Source: Eledone cirrhosa
Lineage: Eukaryota
NCBI GenBank assembly: GCA_964016885.1
Contig: OZ024743.1
Location: forward strand, 224,998,001 to 225,062,000
Direction of reading: 5' to 3'
DNA: 64,000 bases
The number at the start of each line of letters is the position of its first letter. The stretch's first letter is position 1. The notes under the pieces are model-generated. The model was not told the DNA's origin and searched no databases. It saw only the letters and a program-made list of their open reading frames with translations. The translations under genes and the position numbers were made by a program. Shown here one piece after another: positions 11,144 through 24,186 of this stretch.

Positions 11144-13409
11144 ATTGTCGGGGAGAAGTGTGTACTTAACGATGATGGCATACTTGCCATCACCGACGCT
11201 GATAAGAAGGTAGCTTGGAAGTGTCACTACGAAAGGCTTCTAAATGAGGAGAACAAATGGGAGAAAGACAGTCTCCCCCACATCGACCCAATAGAGGGAC
11301 CAGCAGTGTTAGTCCAGGGTAGTACAATAAGGAAGGCAATCAAAGATATGAAGACGGGTAAGGCGGCTGGTCCTTCGGAAATAGTTGCTGAGATGCTGCA
11401 GGCATCTGGTTCGGTGGGACACACCATGGTCACCCGGATAGTTAACCAAGTCGTACAGAATGGGGTTGTTCCGAAGGACTGGCGTAGCAGCATCATCGTT
11501 AACTGCTATAAGGGAAAAGGAGATGCCCTAGATAGGAGTAACTATAGAGGCATTAAATTAATCGACCAGGTCATGAAGGTCACGGAAAAAGTAATAGCGC
11601 AACTAATCAGAGAGAGAATTGATCTAGATGAAATGCAGTTCGGATTTGTGTCAGGCAAAAGTATCACAGACGCTCTTTTCATTGTACGACAACTACAGGA
11701 GAAGTACCTAGCTAAAAGTAAACCCCTATACTTAGCTTTCGTCGACTTGGAGAAAGCCTTCGACAGAGTCCCCCGTTCCATTATCTGGTGGTCTCTTAGA
11801 AAACTAGGTGTTGACGAATGGCTTGTGAGAGCTATACAAGCCATGTATAAAGAAACAGTCAGTAAGGTTAGAATTAACAACGAATATAGTGAAGAGTTTA
11901 GCGTAAAAGTTGGTGTCCATCAGGGCTCTGTTCTTAGCCCCCTACTATTTATTATTGCCCTTCAGGCTATAACAGAGGAGTTCAAGACCGGCTGCCCATG
12001 AGAACTCCTATACGCAGATGATCTAACGCTCATAGCTGAATCAATGACCGAACTAGAGAAGAAATTCCAAACATGGAAGCACGGCCTAGAATCAAAAGGC
12101 CTTAAAATTAACCTGGCTAAGACTAAAGTTCTAGTTTGTAGGAAAGAAAATAAGGCGGCAGTCCCATCTGGGAAATGGCCATGCTCAGTGTGTAGGAAAG
12201 GCGTAGGTAGAAACTCCATTTTATGTCCCAAATGCAAAGTATGGGTGCATAAAAGATGTAGTGGGATCACAGGTAAGCTAACTAAGAACATAGATTTTAC
12301 ATGTGGCCGGTGCTCTGGTGCAATAAGTAGCAGCAAGTGCCCACAAAATACTAGCTCCTTCAACTGCGTAGAGGGTTCTATAGAAATAGTGGACAGCTTC
12401 CGTTACCTGGGTGACAAAATCAGCAGTGGGGGAGGGTGCTCTGAAAGTACAGTAGCTAGAGTCAGAACTGGATGGAAAAAGTTCAGAGAGCTTATACCAC
12501 TATTAGCCGCTAGAGGGTTCTCCCTAAAAATGAAAGGCAGGTTATACGATGCCTGCATACGAACAGCAATGCTGCATGGCAGTGAGACCTGGGCATTGTG
12601 TGCAGAACAGCAATGCTGCATGGCAGTGAGACCTGGGCATTGTGTGCAGAGGATATACGCAGACTAGAGAGGAACGAAGCTTGCATGCTCCGCTGGATGT
12701 GCAATAGTAATATACGTGAACGGCAAAGCATAAACGAACTAAGGAAAAAATTAGAAATAAGAGGGATCAGATGTTGTTTACTCGAGAGAAGGCTACGTTG
12801 GTACGGTCACGTGATGCGCATGAAAGACGACAGCTGTATAACAAAGTGCAGGGCAATAAAGATAGACGGTAGCCACGGAGTAGGCAGACCCAGAAAAACA
12901 TGGGACGAGCTGATAAATTCCGACCTCACACGCTTACACCTCTCCAAGACAATGTCACTGGACCGAGACCTTTGGCGGTACTCAGTAATAGAGAAGACCC
13001 GCCTTACCTAAATACAAAGTAAAAACCTACTACAGTCAGTAGGCATCTCTATTAAAACACCCCCCCGTCCCACCACCTCCACCCCATCCACACCGCCCCT
13101 TTCAATGTAAAGTTATGTTGGTCCCACAACATCCAGGCCGAAACAAATGAGATCGTGTAGGTGTCACGACAAAAAAACACACAGTCCACGCTGTAATGTG
13201 GCCGTGTAGGCAACACGGTAAAAACCTCCCAGACCCACACTGTAAATGTGGTTGGTGTTAGGAAGGGCATCCAACTGTAGAAAACCCGCCAGACAGTCCT
13301 ATGCGAGCAAGACAACCACTCTTGCCTCAAGTGGGAAAACCCCCGTCCAAACCCATGCAAGCATGGAACACGGACACTAAACCTGATGATGATGATGATG
13401 ATGATGATG
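11144..13409 (+). mobile_element. 5'-truncated RTE-clade LINE (RT with embedded PHD-type finger, 3' UTR, (GAT)n tail)
   Basis: RT motifs KGKGD..NYRGI, QFGF, FVDLEKAFDRV, GVHQGSVLSPLLF, YADDL, FRYLG, RRLRWYGHVMR, GRPRKTW. Disrupted by TGA at 11999 (TGG in the 62 kb copy) and a 44-bp tandem duplication at 12561-12648. Confidence 0.95.
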
Positions 13410-13419
13410 ATATATATAT

Positions 13420-13601
13420 AATTGTTTCTACTTTAGGCACTAGGCCAGCAATTACCCAGTGGTACTTTATTTTATCGACCCCGTAAGGATGAAAGGCAAA
13501 GTCAACCTCGGCGGGATTTGAACTCAGATCGTAAAGGGACGTAACTATGCTGGAAAGCATGGCGTCCGACCCTCTACCGATACTGCCAATCCACCACCGC
13601 C
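13420..13601 (-). mobile_element. tRNA-like SINE family 2 (Meta/Sauria-like central domain), young copy
   Basis: Near-identical to 39483-39666; contains 'gagttcaaatcc' and 'gactttgcctttcatccttacggggtcgataaaat'. Confidence 0.8.
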
Positions 13602-13668
13602 AATATATATATATATATAATAAAATAAAACAAGGATGAGTGGTTACTCCTTTATTACGTTTATTGGT

Positions 13669-13755
13669 TGGTGATGCGCGTTTCGCCACCGATCAGCTCA
13701 AGGTTCGATCTGTATCGATCTAGCCCGAGACTGAAATCAATGGCTCATCGGACCC
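13669..13755 (-). ncRNA. Type I hammerhead ribozyme-like motif (variant core, long stem II)
   Basis: GGGT-CCGATGA-[GCCA..60 nt..TGGC]-GAAAC-GCGC-ATC-ACCA. Confidence 0.65.
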
Positions 13756-13773
13756 TATCATTGCCACCAAAAA

Positions 13774-13859
13774 GGGTTCGATGATCGTTGATTACAGAGT
13801 CGGGCTAGATCGATACAGATCGAACCTTGAGCTGATTGGTGTCAAAACGCGCGTCACCC
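13774..13859 (+). ncRNA. Type I hammerhead ribozyme-like motif (decayed partner)
   Basis: GGGT-TCGATGA-[long stem II]-AAAAC-GCGC-GTC-ACCC; G12 lost by a CpG-type change. Confidence 0.55.
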
Positions 13860-14220
13860 ACCAATAAATTTAATGAAGGAGTAACCACTTGTCCTTGTTT
13901 TATTTCATTATACTACACTCTGTCTAACTCTACACCTTGATACAGACATGAACCTAAACATCGAGTGTTTATTGGGTGAACCTACAGTAACTCCGCGTTA
14001 CACTCCCTGGATATATATACATATATATTTTTAATTAGCAATTGAACACAAAATATAACTACTCCATTACCAAAGGTTTTTGGATCACAGACGATAATAA
14101 TATACATCTGGATCGGTCGTCAGACTCTATATATTTTGTGTTGTTCAATTTCTAATTAAATAGCTCTGTTCTATACATAGAGCACTCTTTTTTTCCTTTG
14201 CTTCTCCTATATATATATAT

Positions 14221-14226
<6 letters not shown>

Positions 14227-14286
<60 letters not shown>
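14227..14286. repeat. (GA)n microsatellite
   Basis: Direct reading. Confidence 0.95.
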
Positions 14287-16504
14287 AAGGGTGGAGAGAA
14301 AGAGAGAGGTGGGAGCGAGTGAGAGATTTATTTATATGCAATAGCAGAAATCCACAAGGAAAGAAACATCTTTATGTATTAAATTTGTATAGTGTGATCA
14401 TTATAATCCTCACCAACATTGTCATCATAATCATTATTGCTTGTGTAGTTATCATCATCATGATCAGCAATAGCATTATCGTTATCATTCTTATTTTTAA
14501 GTCTTTTAAAATATTTATATCATTAGCTTTCATCCACTGTGGATTGAGAGTAAGAACATCTCTTGTAGATTAACTAATGCTCATTCTATCTACAAATGTT
14601 AATCGAAACTCCTGGTCCTCAGAGTGTTAAAGTAGATGATGTAATTGAAGTCTCATTGATTCCAGTTGAATGCCTTCATTGCATATTCAACTACTGTTGC
14701 TCCATTTCACAATGTCCTTCAATTCCATTTCCCTAACAGATTACTGAATTTGATTCTATTCTGGTATAGTAAGCAAGGAGTGAACTTTGCTACTCATCCA
14801 TTAGAAATCTATTTTGTTAATATGTGTCTAAAGAGAACAACCATTAACTATTTTCTGCTATATATGCACGGCTTATCAATGTGAATATTTCTGTAGCAAT
14901 TCACAGCTTGCAATAGATCAGAATAAATTACAAAAAAAAAAAAAAAAAAAAAAAAAAAATGAAGATGAAACTTAATGGAATAATTTATAGTCTGGTAAGA
15001 GATTCATTCATATCTGAAAGTACATTCAATTACTTCGATAATGGTAGAGCAAAGAAACAGAGAGGGCTTCATTGTGGAAAAGCAAAATATTTACTGAATA
15101 AATTGATATTTTTCACTTGTGTCTAGCAATCCATTAACACAATCAATAAAAATACTGGTGTTAGAAGAAACAGGCTGAATATTAGACAAAAGCTAAATAT
15201 ATAATCTGGCATGACCTATCGTAGAGAAATGGCAAGCTAAATTTGTCTCAGAATGTTCAATTAGTTAATTAATGTTGTAAAATGTAATAAAATCTGCTAG
15301 TATTTTAGAACTTTTGTCACATTTTCTAGAGTTTTATTTCATTGTTTTCAAACTTGTGTTATGCAGTATTAGCTAAATATGAGTGCAATGACTCCCAAGC
15401 TATATGACATAGTTTACTGCTTCAATCTACGTAGGAAATTTAGCTGGACATCTTATCAATTGTTTCTTCCTGGGTTTGGGAGAAACAATTCCCTTGAAAC
15501 AGAAGTAGTGATTTTTGTAATTCAACTTTAGAAATGCTTTTAAAGTGATTCTGAAATGGAGGCACTTAGCTTCTTGGGAAGGAATTTTTGCCAATGGAAG
15601 TATTTTAAAGAAATGTTAGACAGAGAAGGAATCCAAACTGGGAAGGAATAGTGTGCAGTGTGTATATATCAAATGAAATAGCAATATACCCAACTATAAA
15701 GGTGATTATGAATTATCAGTTCATAAAAAATGTATTACTTCAGACTTAATCTTATTTGGGACTATACAATTAGTGAGGTTTGAAAAGCTTGCTCATTTTG
15801 ATATGGCATTTTGGGTGAAAAATTACTAGATGGCAATCAAAAATGAGGGAGGAATTAAGGAAACTTGGGATTGCAAGAAGAGGAATGTGACTCAGGTCCC
15901 TGTGAACACTGCTACAGCTAGACATTGTTGTCATTAAATAGCAGATTAGTAATTCCACACAAGCAGAAATATAATTGGAAAAAAAAAATAATATCACCAT
16001 CATCACCATCCTCATCATTAATTTAATATGTCTAATTGTGTTATAGCAACTGGGGAAAAAATCCAACAATCTGTTATATAGCAAAGATATGTTTATACCA
16101 CATTAAACATGATGAAAGAGTATTATGAAAGCTTTCTTAAGCTGTCATATGTTTTACTACAATGTTTCACACTCGTCAAAATAATCGTTACAATAATAAC
16201 AACAATAAAACTGTGTTTAATCCAATCATTTTAAACTACCGATACTAAATCATTAATTGAATACAATCAAACATGATGCTCATGGAACAAAACAATTTAT
16301 TCCTGAGGGAAAAATGATGTGAAAACATTCCAAAACAATATATTCCTGTTGTCAACTGAGAATTCTTTCATGCCATCCAGCTCATGTCTCAACTTGACAT
16401 AATCATTTATTTGAACCATAAGATCTTTAGTTGGAACATTGTACTTTCTTTTCATCAAAAGTTTACACAGACATAAAAGCAATATATCTATACACACAAC
16501 ACAT

Positions 16505-16870
16505 AAAGACATGACTTAGTGGTTAGTGTGTTGGGCTTACAATCATGAGGCCATGTGTTAAGCAGTGTGTTGTATTTTTGAGCAAGACACTATATTACAC
16601 ATTGCTACTGTTCACTTAGTTGGTAAAAATAAGTTGCAATGAACAAGGTATTTTGTGGAAGCCCCACAGTCACATTTACATGTATGACTTCTCTCTCCAC
16701 AGCACTAGTGTTGTCCAAGGGAAAGACAAAGTTGCATTGACTATTGTCTTTCTCTTATACAACATCGGTGGTGTGGAGAGGGAAGACATGCATGCATGGG
16801 TGACGGTTGGATTTCCACAAAATATCTTGTCCTGGCTTGTGCCCTGGAGAAGAAATTTTCAGCTGCAAAT
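16505..16870 (+). mobile_element. tRNA-derived SINE family 1 (tail type c)
   Basis: 'gacttagtggttagtgtgttgg..ttgagcaagacac' head; tail resembles 22905-23185. Confidence 0.65.
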
Positions 16871-17495
16871 TTACTAAAAACAAAACAAAAAAAAAAGACA
16901 TATTCATGTACCTGTGTGAGAATATTTAGCTGTACAAACCTGAATGTTTGAATGATGTGGAGAATGTAAAGTGAATAGATTGAGGCAGGTATATTGATGG
17001 TTCTTTTTTTTGAGACAATGTAAGAAACATGATTAGTTTTAATGCTACCACTTTGTTGGTTGATATGTTACAACTTTAACAATGCACAAATAGAGACTTT
17101 ATACATTAAACAATGGTTAAAGTTTCTCCCAAGCCTGCAGGCTCATCAGGTTGGAGTTTATCCCAGCTTCACTGGCATTAGGCAACTCAGAATAAAGTTC
17201 TGCTTCCCTGGTGCAATTTCAGCTACACTATTCTTCCTCCCACCAAAGTATTTTCAGCTAAAATAGGATTGAAACAAAACTCAGCTTGCTTTGAGTAAAT
17301 ATTATTGGTGCTAGCATACCGAAGAAGCATATAATAGAAGAGGTGAGAGCCTGAGAAATGGGAAGATAAGTAGACTTTGTGTTTAAAAATATAGACTTCA
17401 GTAATTAGCAGTGGACTCTATAAACCATAGCAAAAGAAACCCATCTAGGAGAACAGTGACTGAATAAAAGCCGATACTGTACAGAGGTCACTTAA

Positions 17496-17716
17496 CGCTT
17501 TGGGGTTTACATTACTCTATATTTACTATTGTATTTTCACAGTAAAGGCTTTATCTCACATAATATCGAAGCTAGGAGATTTTGATGTTATTATTTTGAG
17601 AAAAAAAAAAAAAAGCATTATTTTGAGAACAATAGCATTGGTATGGTTACAGCTGTTTTGAACAGAAAGAGGTGAGAGAATTCTGGCCAGATACGACTGG
17701 CTTAAATGTTAAAGGA
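17496..17716. mobile_element. piggyBac-type MITE family A, degenerate
   Basis: TTAA flanks at 17492-95 and 17717-20; internal match to 10782-10992. Confidence 0.75.
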
Positions 17717-19224
17717 TTAAGTTCTGATGGATAACATCTCTAGTGCTGGTGACATAATAAATGCACCAAGTCCATACTGTAAAGTAGAAGGTTATAAATA
17801 GGAAGGTCATTCAGCAAGAAAAATCATGCCAATATCATGAGCAATTCAACTCAGAGTATAAATACCAGTTGCATATACATGGCTAACACCAGATGATGTT
17901 GATACAAAAAAAGAGATGAAGGCCTGAGAAATGGAAAGATAAGTGAAGTTATATTTCTGTTAAAAAACAGAGATCGATGACTAGATGGCCAGTGGTAGAA
18001 AATAAGCTAACTTATCTTACACCACTGGTTACTTTGTCTCACATTTTTGGTTATCCTACTTCATATTATTATTTAGGCTACTGATTTTCATTGGCTACCC
18101 TAACCCACATCAAATTAGTTAGTCACCTCTATAATACTACTAACTAACACACCTCACACACTGGCTACCATACTTCACAACACTCTCTCTTATTATTGGC
18201 TGTGACACCCCACACAACTGGCTGCCCCATCTCACATTACTAGCTACAATAGAAGACAATCACCCACATTCCACACAGTGGGGCTGAACCTGAAACCACA
18301 TGGTTACAGAGTGAACTTCTAAACCACACAGCTATGTCTATGCCTTCTATAATTTAAATTGTCAGAACCATTGATAAAATCAGTTGAATGAGCATTTGGA
18401 CATATGAAAATGGTGAATAAACATGTTTTCATATGGCGGATGTATTATGTAAACAAACAGATAATGTATCATACATAAATGTAAATATTTATTATATAGA
18501 AATAAACTGATTCACTAATAAAATAGAAATCCCATATATTAATACACATCTACATGCATTAAAATACATATATATTAAATTATATCTAAGAATAAACATA
18601 TATACACAGGATACATCCTCCTACTAGGCTATCCTTACCTTGGTTTCCCCCACATCCTCCATCATCCACATCATCAATTCACCCTCCTTGCTCAGCCTAG
18701 GTCTACATGGAAAGCTGGGTACAGTCCACAATACATTACCAGGTGTAACTCACTTTCTTGAAGACCAGCTCCATGATCTGACAGTTGCTACCCCTCTGTG
18801 GGATGGCCCACCTCCTCAACAAACAAAATTTAGCACCGTGGCAACTCTCACTGCCTCTCTTTACTGCCAACATTGCCTTTCCAGCCTGGCTAACACAGCT
18901 AACACCCTAGTTTTATAATGAGATAGTGTTGGTGCCATGATAAAATACACCAACCCACTTCGTAAAGTGGTAAGCACTCAGTTCACGTGCCACAATAACA
19001 TGCACCCAGCCGACTCTGTAAAGAGGTAGTATTAGTGTCATAATATAATGCTCCCAGTGTACACTATGAAGTGGTAGGAATGGTGCTACAATGAAAATAC
19101 ATCCAGTCTATCCTCAGGGTTTGACAAGCTGTTTAACTCATGTAAGTATAGAAAATGTACATTATATGGTGATGATGATGATGATGATCATGATAAATAT
19201 ATATATATATGTTTGTGTATGTGT

Positions 19225-20523
19225 GTGCTGCTAGCTACAAAAGGTTTTTCCATCAAAATGATGGGCAGATTGTATATGTGTATACAAACAGCAATGTTGC
19301 ATGGTAATGAGACTTTGGCACTGTGTGTAGAGGACCTATGAAAACTGAAAAGAAATGAAGCTTGCTTATGCTCCGATAGATGTGTAATAGTAATATAAAT
19401 GAATGGCAAAGCGTATATGAACTGAGAAACTGGGCATAAGAGGGATCAGAAGTAGTGTGAAGGAGAGAAGATGGTGGTAGTATGGATATGTGATGCATAT
19501 GCAGGATGACAGCTGTATAAAAAGGTGCAGGGTGCTCAAAGTTGATGGAAGATATGGAATAGGGAGACTGAGGAAAGCTTGCAATGAAGTGATAAAAGCT
19601 AACCTCACACAATTGCACCTCTTAAAAGTGATGACACAGGATCGTGATCTCTGGCATTATGCAGTATTACAGAAGACCCACCTTCCCATGTGCACAGGAT
19701 GAAGAAACATCTAGTGATGTCTAGTATGCACCACTTCTCCCCACCTCTTCCTTACTCCTCACACTTCTTAACACTCCACCTTTCATTCACATCTTAACAT
19801 TTCACCCTTCACCAGCTAAAAACCCCTAGACCTATCACTCTAATCCCCACTTTATATACACGCACCCCAACTTTCCACATCTGATGTCCCCCTCTTTACC
19901 AGCCTATGTATACAAGTAAGGAAAGCTCGACACACTCTCTCACAATGCTGCTGAAATGGCTAAAAGTTCTCAGTTCACCCTGTAAGGTAGTCGCATTGGT
20001 AGCATGTTAGAAGGCACTTGGTCAACCATGTGGAGTAGTTGGGTTGGTGACACAGCAAAGTCTAACCTGTAAGGTGGTTGTATTGGTGATATGACAAAAG
20101 CACTCAATCCAGTGATGGTGACATGTCAACAAGCACCCAGCCCAACTTTGGTGACATGACAGAAAGCACCCAGTCAACACTGTAAAGTAGTAGTTTTGGC
20201 ACCACAACAATAAGCGCCCAGTCCACACTGTAAAGTGGTAGTTTTGGCACCACAACAAAAACGCCCAGTCCACCCCGTAAAATGATTGTATTGGTGTCAT
20301 GACAAAAAGTGCCCAATTCACACACTAAAGTGGTCATTTTGGTGCCATGATAAAAAACACCCAGTTTACACTGTAAATGTGGTTGGTGTTAGGAAGAGCA
20401 TAGAAACCAAGCCAGAAACAGTTCTGTATGAGCAAACACAGTCATCTGATCTGACTTATGTCACAAAGGGACAACTCATCAAACCCATGCTAACATGGAA
20501 AAAATGGATGTTAAATGATGATG
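19225..20523 (+). mobile_element. Older RTE LINE 3' fragment with repeat-rich 3' UTR
   Basis: ORF 19490 'MQDDSCIKRCRVLKVDGRYGIGRLRKACNEVIKANL..DRDLWHYAVLQKT'; tandem ~45-bp 'aaagcacccagtccacactgtaaagtgg' units; (GAT)n end. Confidence 0.85.
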
Positions 20524-22635
20524 ATATATATATATATATGCATACACACATAATCTTTTTTATTACTAACTGCAATATGTTTCAATCTGTTTAACAAATT
20601 AAGATGGTAAGATTGAAACATATTGAAATTTGTAATGAAACAACTTAACAAACAAATATTTAATTCTCAGCATGTTAATGTATTGAGCATATTAATGTAT
20701 TGATATAAACACATGTATTCATGCATAGAACAATAAAGCCATTTTACCTAAAGCAAGGATTAGCCAAATGGGTCATTATGACAGGTTTTATACTCATCAC
20801 AGTGTCTTTTTGAGACAGTGTTTTATAGCCAGATGCCCTTCATGATGACAACTCTTTTAGTCACCTCTTACAACATACAGCACTATGGTGTACCTATTCT
20901 AAACCAGATATTAACAGAATTCATACATATCTCTGCTTATTCACTATATATATACATATATGTGTATATATGTAAAAGAACTGAGAATGAAATTAGTTCC
21001 AGTTTTGATTACATCAATAATAACTAGTAGCCAATATTAAACAAGAGAGCTGTTTAAACACTTGCTCTAGCAGAGTCATGCTTATATGAAATAATCTATT
21101 TAACAATATGTAATACAGACATGAAATTGTTAATTGATTTGTTGAAGCCAATATTTTAAACACCACACTCACTTTGAATTGAAACATGAAAGACTCAAAC
21201 TATAATTAATTTGAATTTTATCTATAATATTCACTTATTAAATTGTGTCACCTGGTCTGTAAAAATAACTTCAAAAGCATGTTATGAAATTTATTACTAG
21301 TAAACACCTAACTGACAAAGTTAAAATATTCCATCTAAGAGAAATGACATTAAATTGTTTTCAATAAAATTAATGCAAACTCTCTCAAACTGTTTGACCA
21401 CATCAAATGCTCAACCTTTTGTTTCTCTAAAGGTTGCATGGAGGGCCTGATACCTCGAAACAGAAATTGAGGATGCCTCAATGTTAAATGAAGAGATCAG
21501 ATTCTAAAATGGTCTTAATGACAATCATGGGCAGAACTCACTGCAATGACAACAAATAAGAAGAAATGAAGGAACCATGTTGTGACATTTCATATTATAA
21601 TGTAAGCATAAATAACAATAAAAAAACAACTAGTTATTACTTAAAACTTCTTCTCAAAGTTTTTGTTAAGTAATGACTAGTTAAGATACTACTGTCTCAA
21701 ATAGTTTAAAGTTCAACCCATTTGACACCAGCTTGCCTGAAACTGCCATTAGTTTTATGACATAAAACTGCCCATTTTAATGCTTGTACCACAAGTACTA
21801 GAAAGAGGACTTATTTCCAAACCAAGCTTTGTAGGCCTCCTTCTTTGCTCGGATGGTATCTCTTGATTAAACAATAATTTGTGTAAGAAAATTTTGTTAA
21901 GTAATATTTCAAACACTAACTTACTAATGAAAATTTAGTTATTTTACTAAATATATATATTTGCATGTGTCCATTTATGCTTGTGTCTATGTTTGAGTTT
22001 ATGCCCTAGAGGCATAAACTTTTCATGTCTAGTTCCAATAATAATTGTAACTACACATGAAAAGTACTGGGGCTAATATGAATGACGAAGACTCTTTCAG
22101 TATGGGTACAGTCTAACAACTGAAACTCAAAAATGAATGAAAGAATATGACAGACAGAATTATTTTTACTATTCTAATTTCAGCAGTATCCAGATAAACA
22201 ACTTATAATGTGATAGATAGTGTGATTGAAAGACACAGGAAATGTTCAACTTAGTCTAATGAATTGTATACATAAAATTATTGTGTAAAGGTTTCTAACG
22301 TACAAAAAGAAAAGGATCAAAATATTTTTTAAATAAGTGAAATATTGACAGCAAAGCATTTTAACAAATGAACTTATTAAGAGAATATATATGAAATATT
22401 AACTTCAGCTGCACCAGAACCACATCTGGCTTACTTCAATAATGATCAATAACTATAGTTTTTAGTTTCTTATTTTTTATTTTTATTACTTGTCTTTATT
22501 ACTTGTCTCACTAGCTCTTTTTGATTACCAACTGTAAGGAGTACTAAATACTTTCCCTAGTCTGTCATGGCTTACTGGCTCTATACGGATGTTCAAATTG
22601 AATAAATAAATAAATAAATACTGTAGATTTCATTA

Positions 22636-22875
22636 TGTGAAGGGACGTCAAGTGGTTACAGTGTTGAACTTCCGTTCATAATGTTAGGTGTATTGTGTTC
22701 TTGAGCAAAACATTTAATTTTACTTTGCTCCAGTATACACAACTGAAAATGAGTACCAGCAGTAAGTGGGGTTTAAACCAGTGTTGGACTGGCATTCTGT
22801 CTTGTACTCTCAGTCACTTAATGCCAACGAAACCAGGATAAGCACTGGCCTAAAGAGCCTCTGGGCTTAACACAC
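22636..22875 (+). mobile_element. tRNA-derived SINE family 1 (tail type b)
   Basis: Central 'ttcttgagcaaaacatttaatttt..gctccag'; tail 'cttgtactctcagtcac..gaaaccaggataagc' shared with 26115-26490. Confidence 0.65.
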
Positions 22876-22904
22876 ACTTTAGACTTTTTAAAATTTTATG
22901 ATTG

Positions 22905-23185
22905 TGTGTGGCTTAATGGTTAGGGTGTTTGGCTCATGAGTTTTATTCTGAGACTAGGTAGCATGTTATGTCTTTGAGCAAGACACTTTGTTTCATATTG
23001 CTCCAGTCCACTCAGTTGGAAAAAAAGATGAGTTGCATCATCACTGCTACAGAGCTATCAGGTTTTGCTTTTCTTTTGGCCAGCATCAGTGGCATGCAAG
23101 AAGACTACCACCGTCTAATCTTGGGCCTTGGAGAGGAACTTTCCACGTAGAAACCCATGGCCAGTCATAACTGAATGTTGGAGGC
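22905..23185 (+). mobile_element. tRNA-derived SINE family 1 (tail type c)
   Basis: 'gtggcttaatggttagggtgtttggctcatgag..ttgagcaagacactttgtttcatattgctccagtccactcag'. Confidence 0.7.
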
Positions 23186-23424
23186 TATATTTATTGTAAA
23201 ATGTAAAATAGTTATTTTAATGAGTCAATAATTTTTAAACAAGGTCATAAACCTCTTGTGTCTGTGAATTCAATAAAGAAGTTTACATTTTCCATACTCT
23301 ACCAGCCTGGGGATCCTTTTGGTTATCGGACTATGTTTCTATTTTAACGATTTACTGGGTTACAGAATTCACATACATATATTGGGATATTATGAGCCAT
23401 ATCATAAAGAAAGATTTCTTAAAC

Positions 23425-23735
23425 AGTGGATTGGCAAAATTATTAAAGCACTGGATGAAATGCTTTGTATTATTTGTTCTGGGTCTTTAAATTCTGAGTT
23501 CAAATCTTGTTGAGGTCATCTTTTCCATTCATCTTTCTGGGGTGGATAAAGTACCAGTCAAGTACTGGGGTCAATTTAATCAACTTTTCCCTCCTCAAAT
23601 TTCTGGCCTTGTGCCTAAATTAGAAACCATCATTTGTTCTGGCCCTTTACATTCTGAGTTTTAATTCCACTGAAGTCATATTTGCCTATAATCTTTCAGG
23701 AGTCAATATAATAAAGTGCCAATCATATACTGAGG
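23425..23735 (+). mobile_element. SINE family 2, older copy plus adjacent partial copy
   Basis: 'gtggattggcaaaat..ctgagttcaaatc..ttccattcatctttctggggtggataaagtaccag'. Other old copies at 25590-25822(-), 29920-30090(-), 33540-33740(-), 34290-34480(-) and 38635-38850(-). Confidence 0.7.
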
Positions 23736-23827
23736 TCAGAAAGTTACAGGTGTCTCCCAGACTTCCTCAGGCAAAATACTACAACTGAAAATCCAGAATG
23801 AATCTTTTAGTTTTACATATACTTTAA

Positions 23828-24186
23828 CATTTTTTATATCAAACCATCTGAAACTTTCCCTGGTTCTATGATACAAAGCAGTTTGGTTTTAAGTATTTAT
23901 ATTTATGAAAAAACCTTTTCTCAAAATTTTTATTCAAGAACCTTTGTTAAATTATGTTCCAAACACCAGCTTAATAATGAGAGTGTTAGTTATTTTACTA
24001 AATCACTCTATTTTTTATATGGAGGAATAGGGAAAACTTATGTTGAAAATTTAGAATATATCGGGGTTGGTGTTGTTGTGTATAGATTTAATAAGACGGA
24101 TGATAATAGTGATGATGTGGAATATTTTCAAAATAACTTCAAAATCACACGCAGTGTCTTTCATTAGAAATAAGGTAACGGAAGGG
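23828..24186 (+). mobile_element. piggyBac-type MITE family B with internal captured segment
   Basis: TTAA at 23824-27 and 24187-90, right end AAGGG; ~110-bp extra segment at 24014-24122. Confidence 0.65.

Larger units (their letters stand above)
13616..14010 (+). mobile_element. Penelope-like pseudo-LTR with inverted partial copy (arms 13616-13756 and 13773-13912)
   Basis: ~140-bp imperfect inverted repeat; each arm carries a hammerhead fold followed by AATAAA; bounded by (TA)n on both sides. Confidence 0.7.

Noticed and set aside
16297-16512. 71-aa minus-strand ORF with protein-like composition
   Set aside because: No recognisable domain or splice context; the start lies in a SINE.
17989-18028. 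Hairpin ccagtggt..ataag..cttat..accactgg as structured RNA
   Set aside because: Short, imperfect and single-copy in the window, with no other support.
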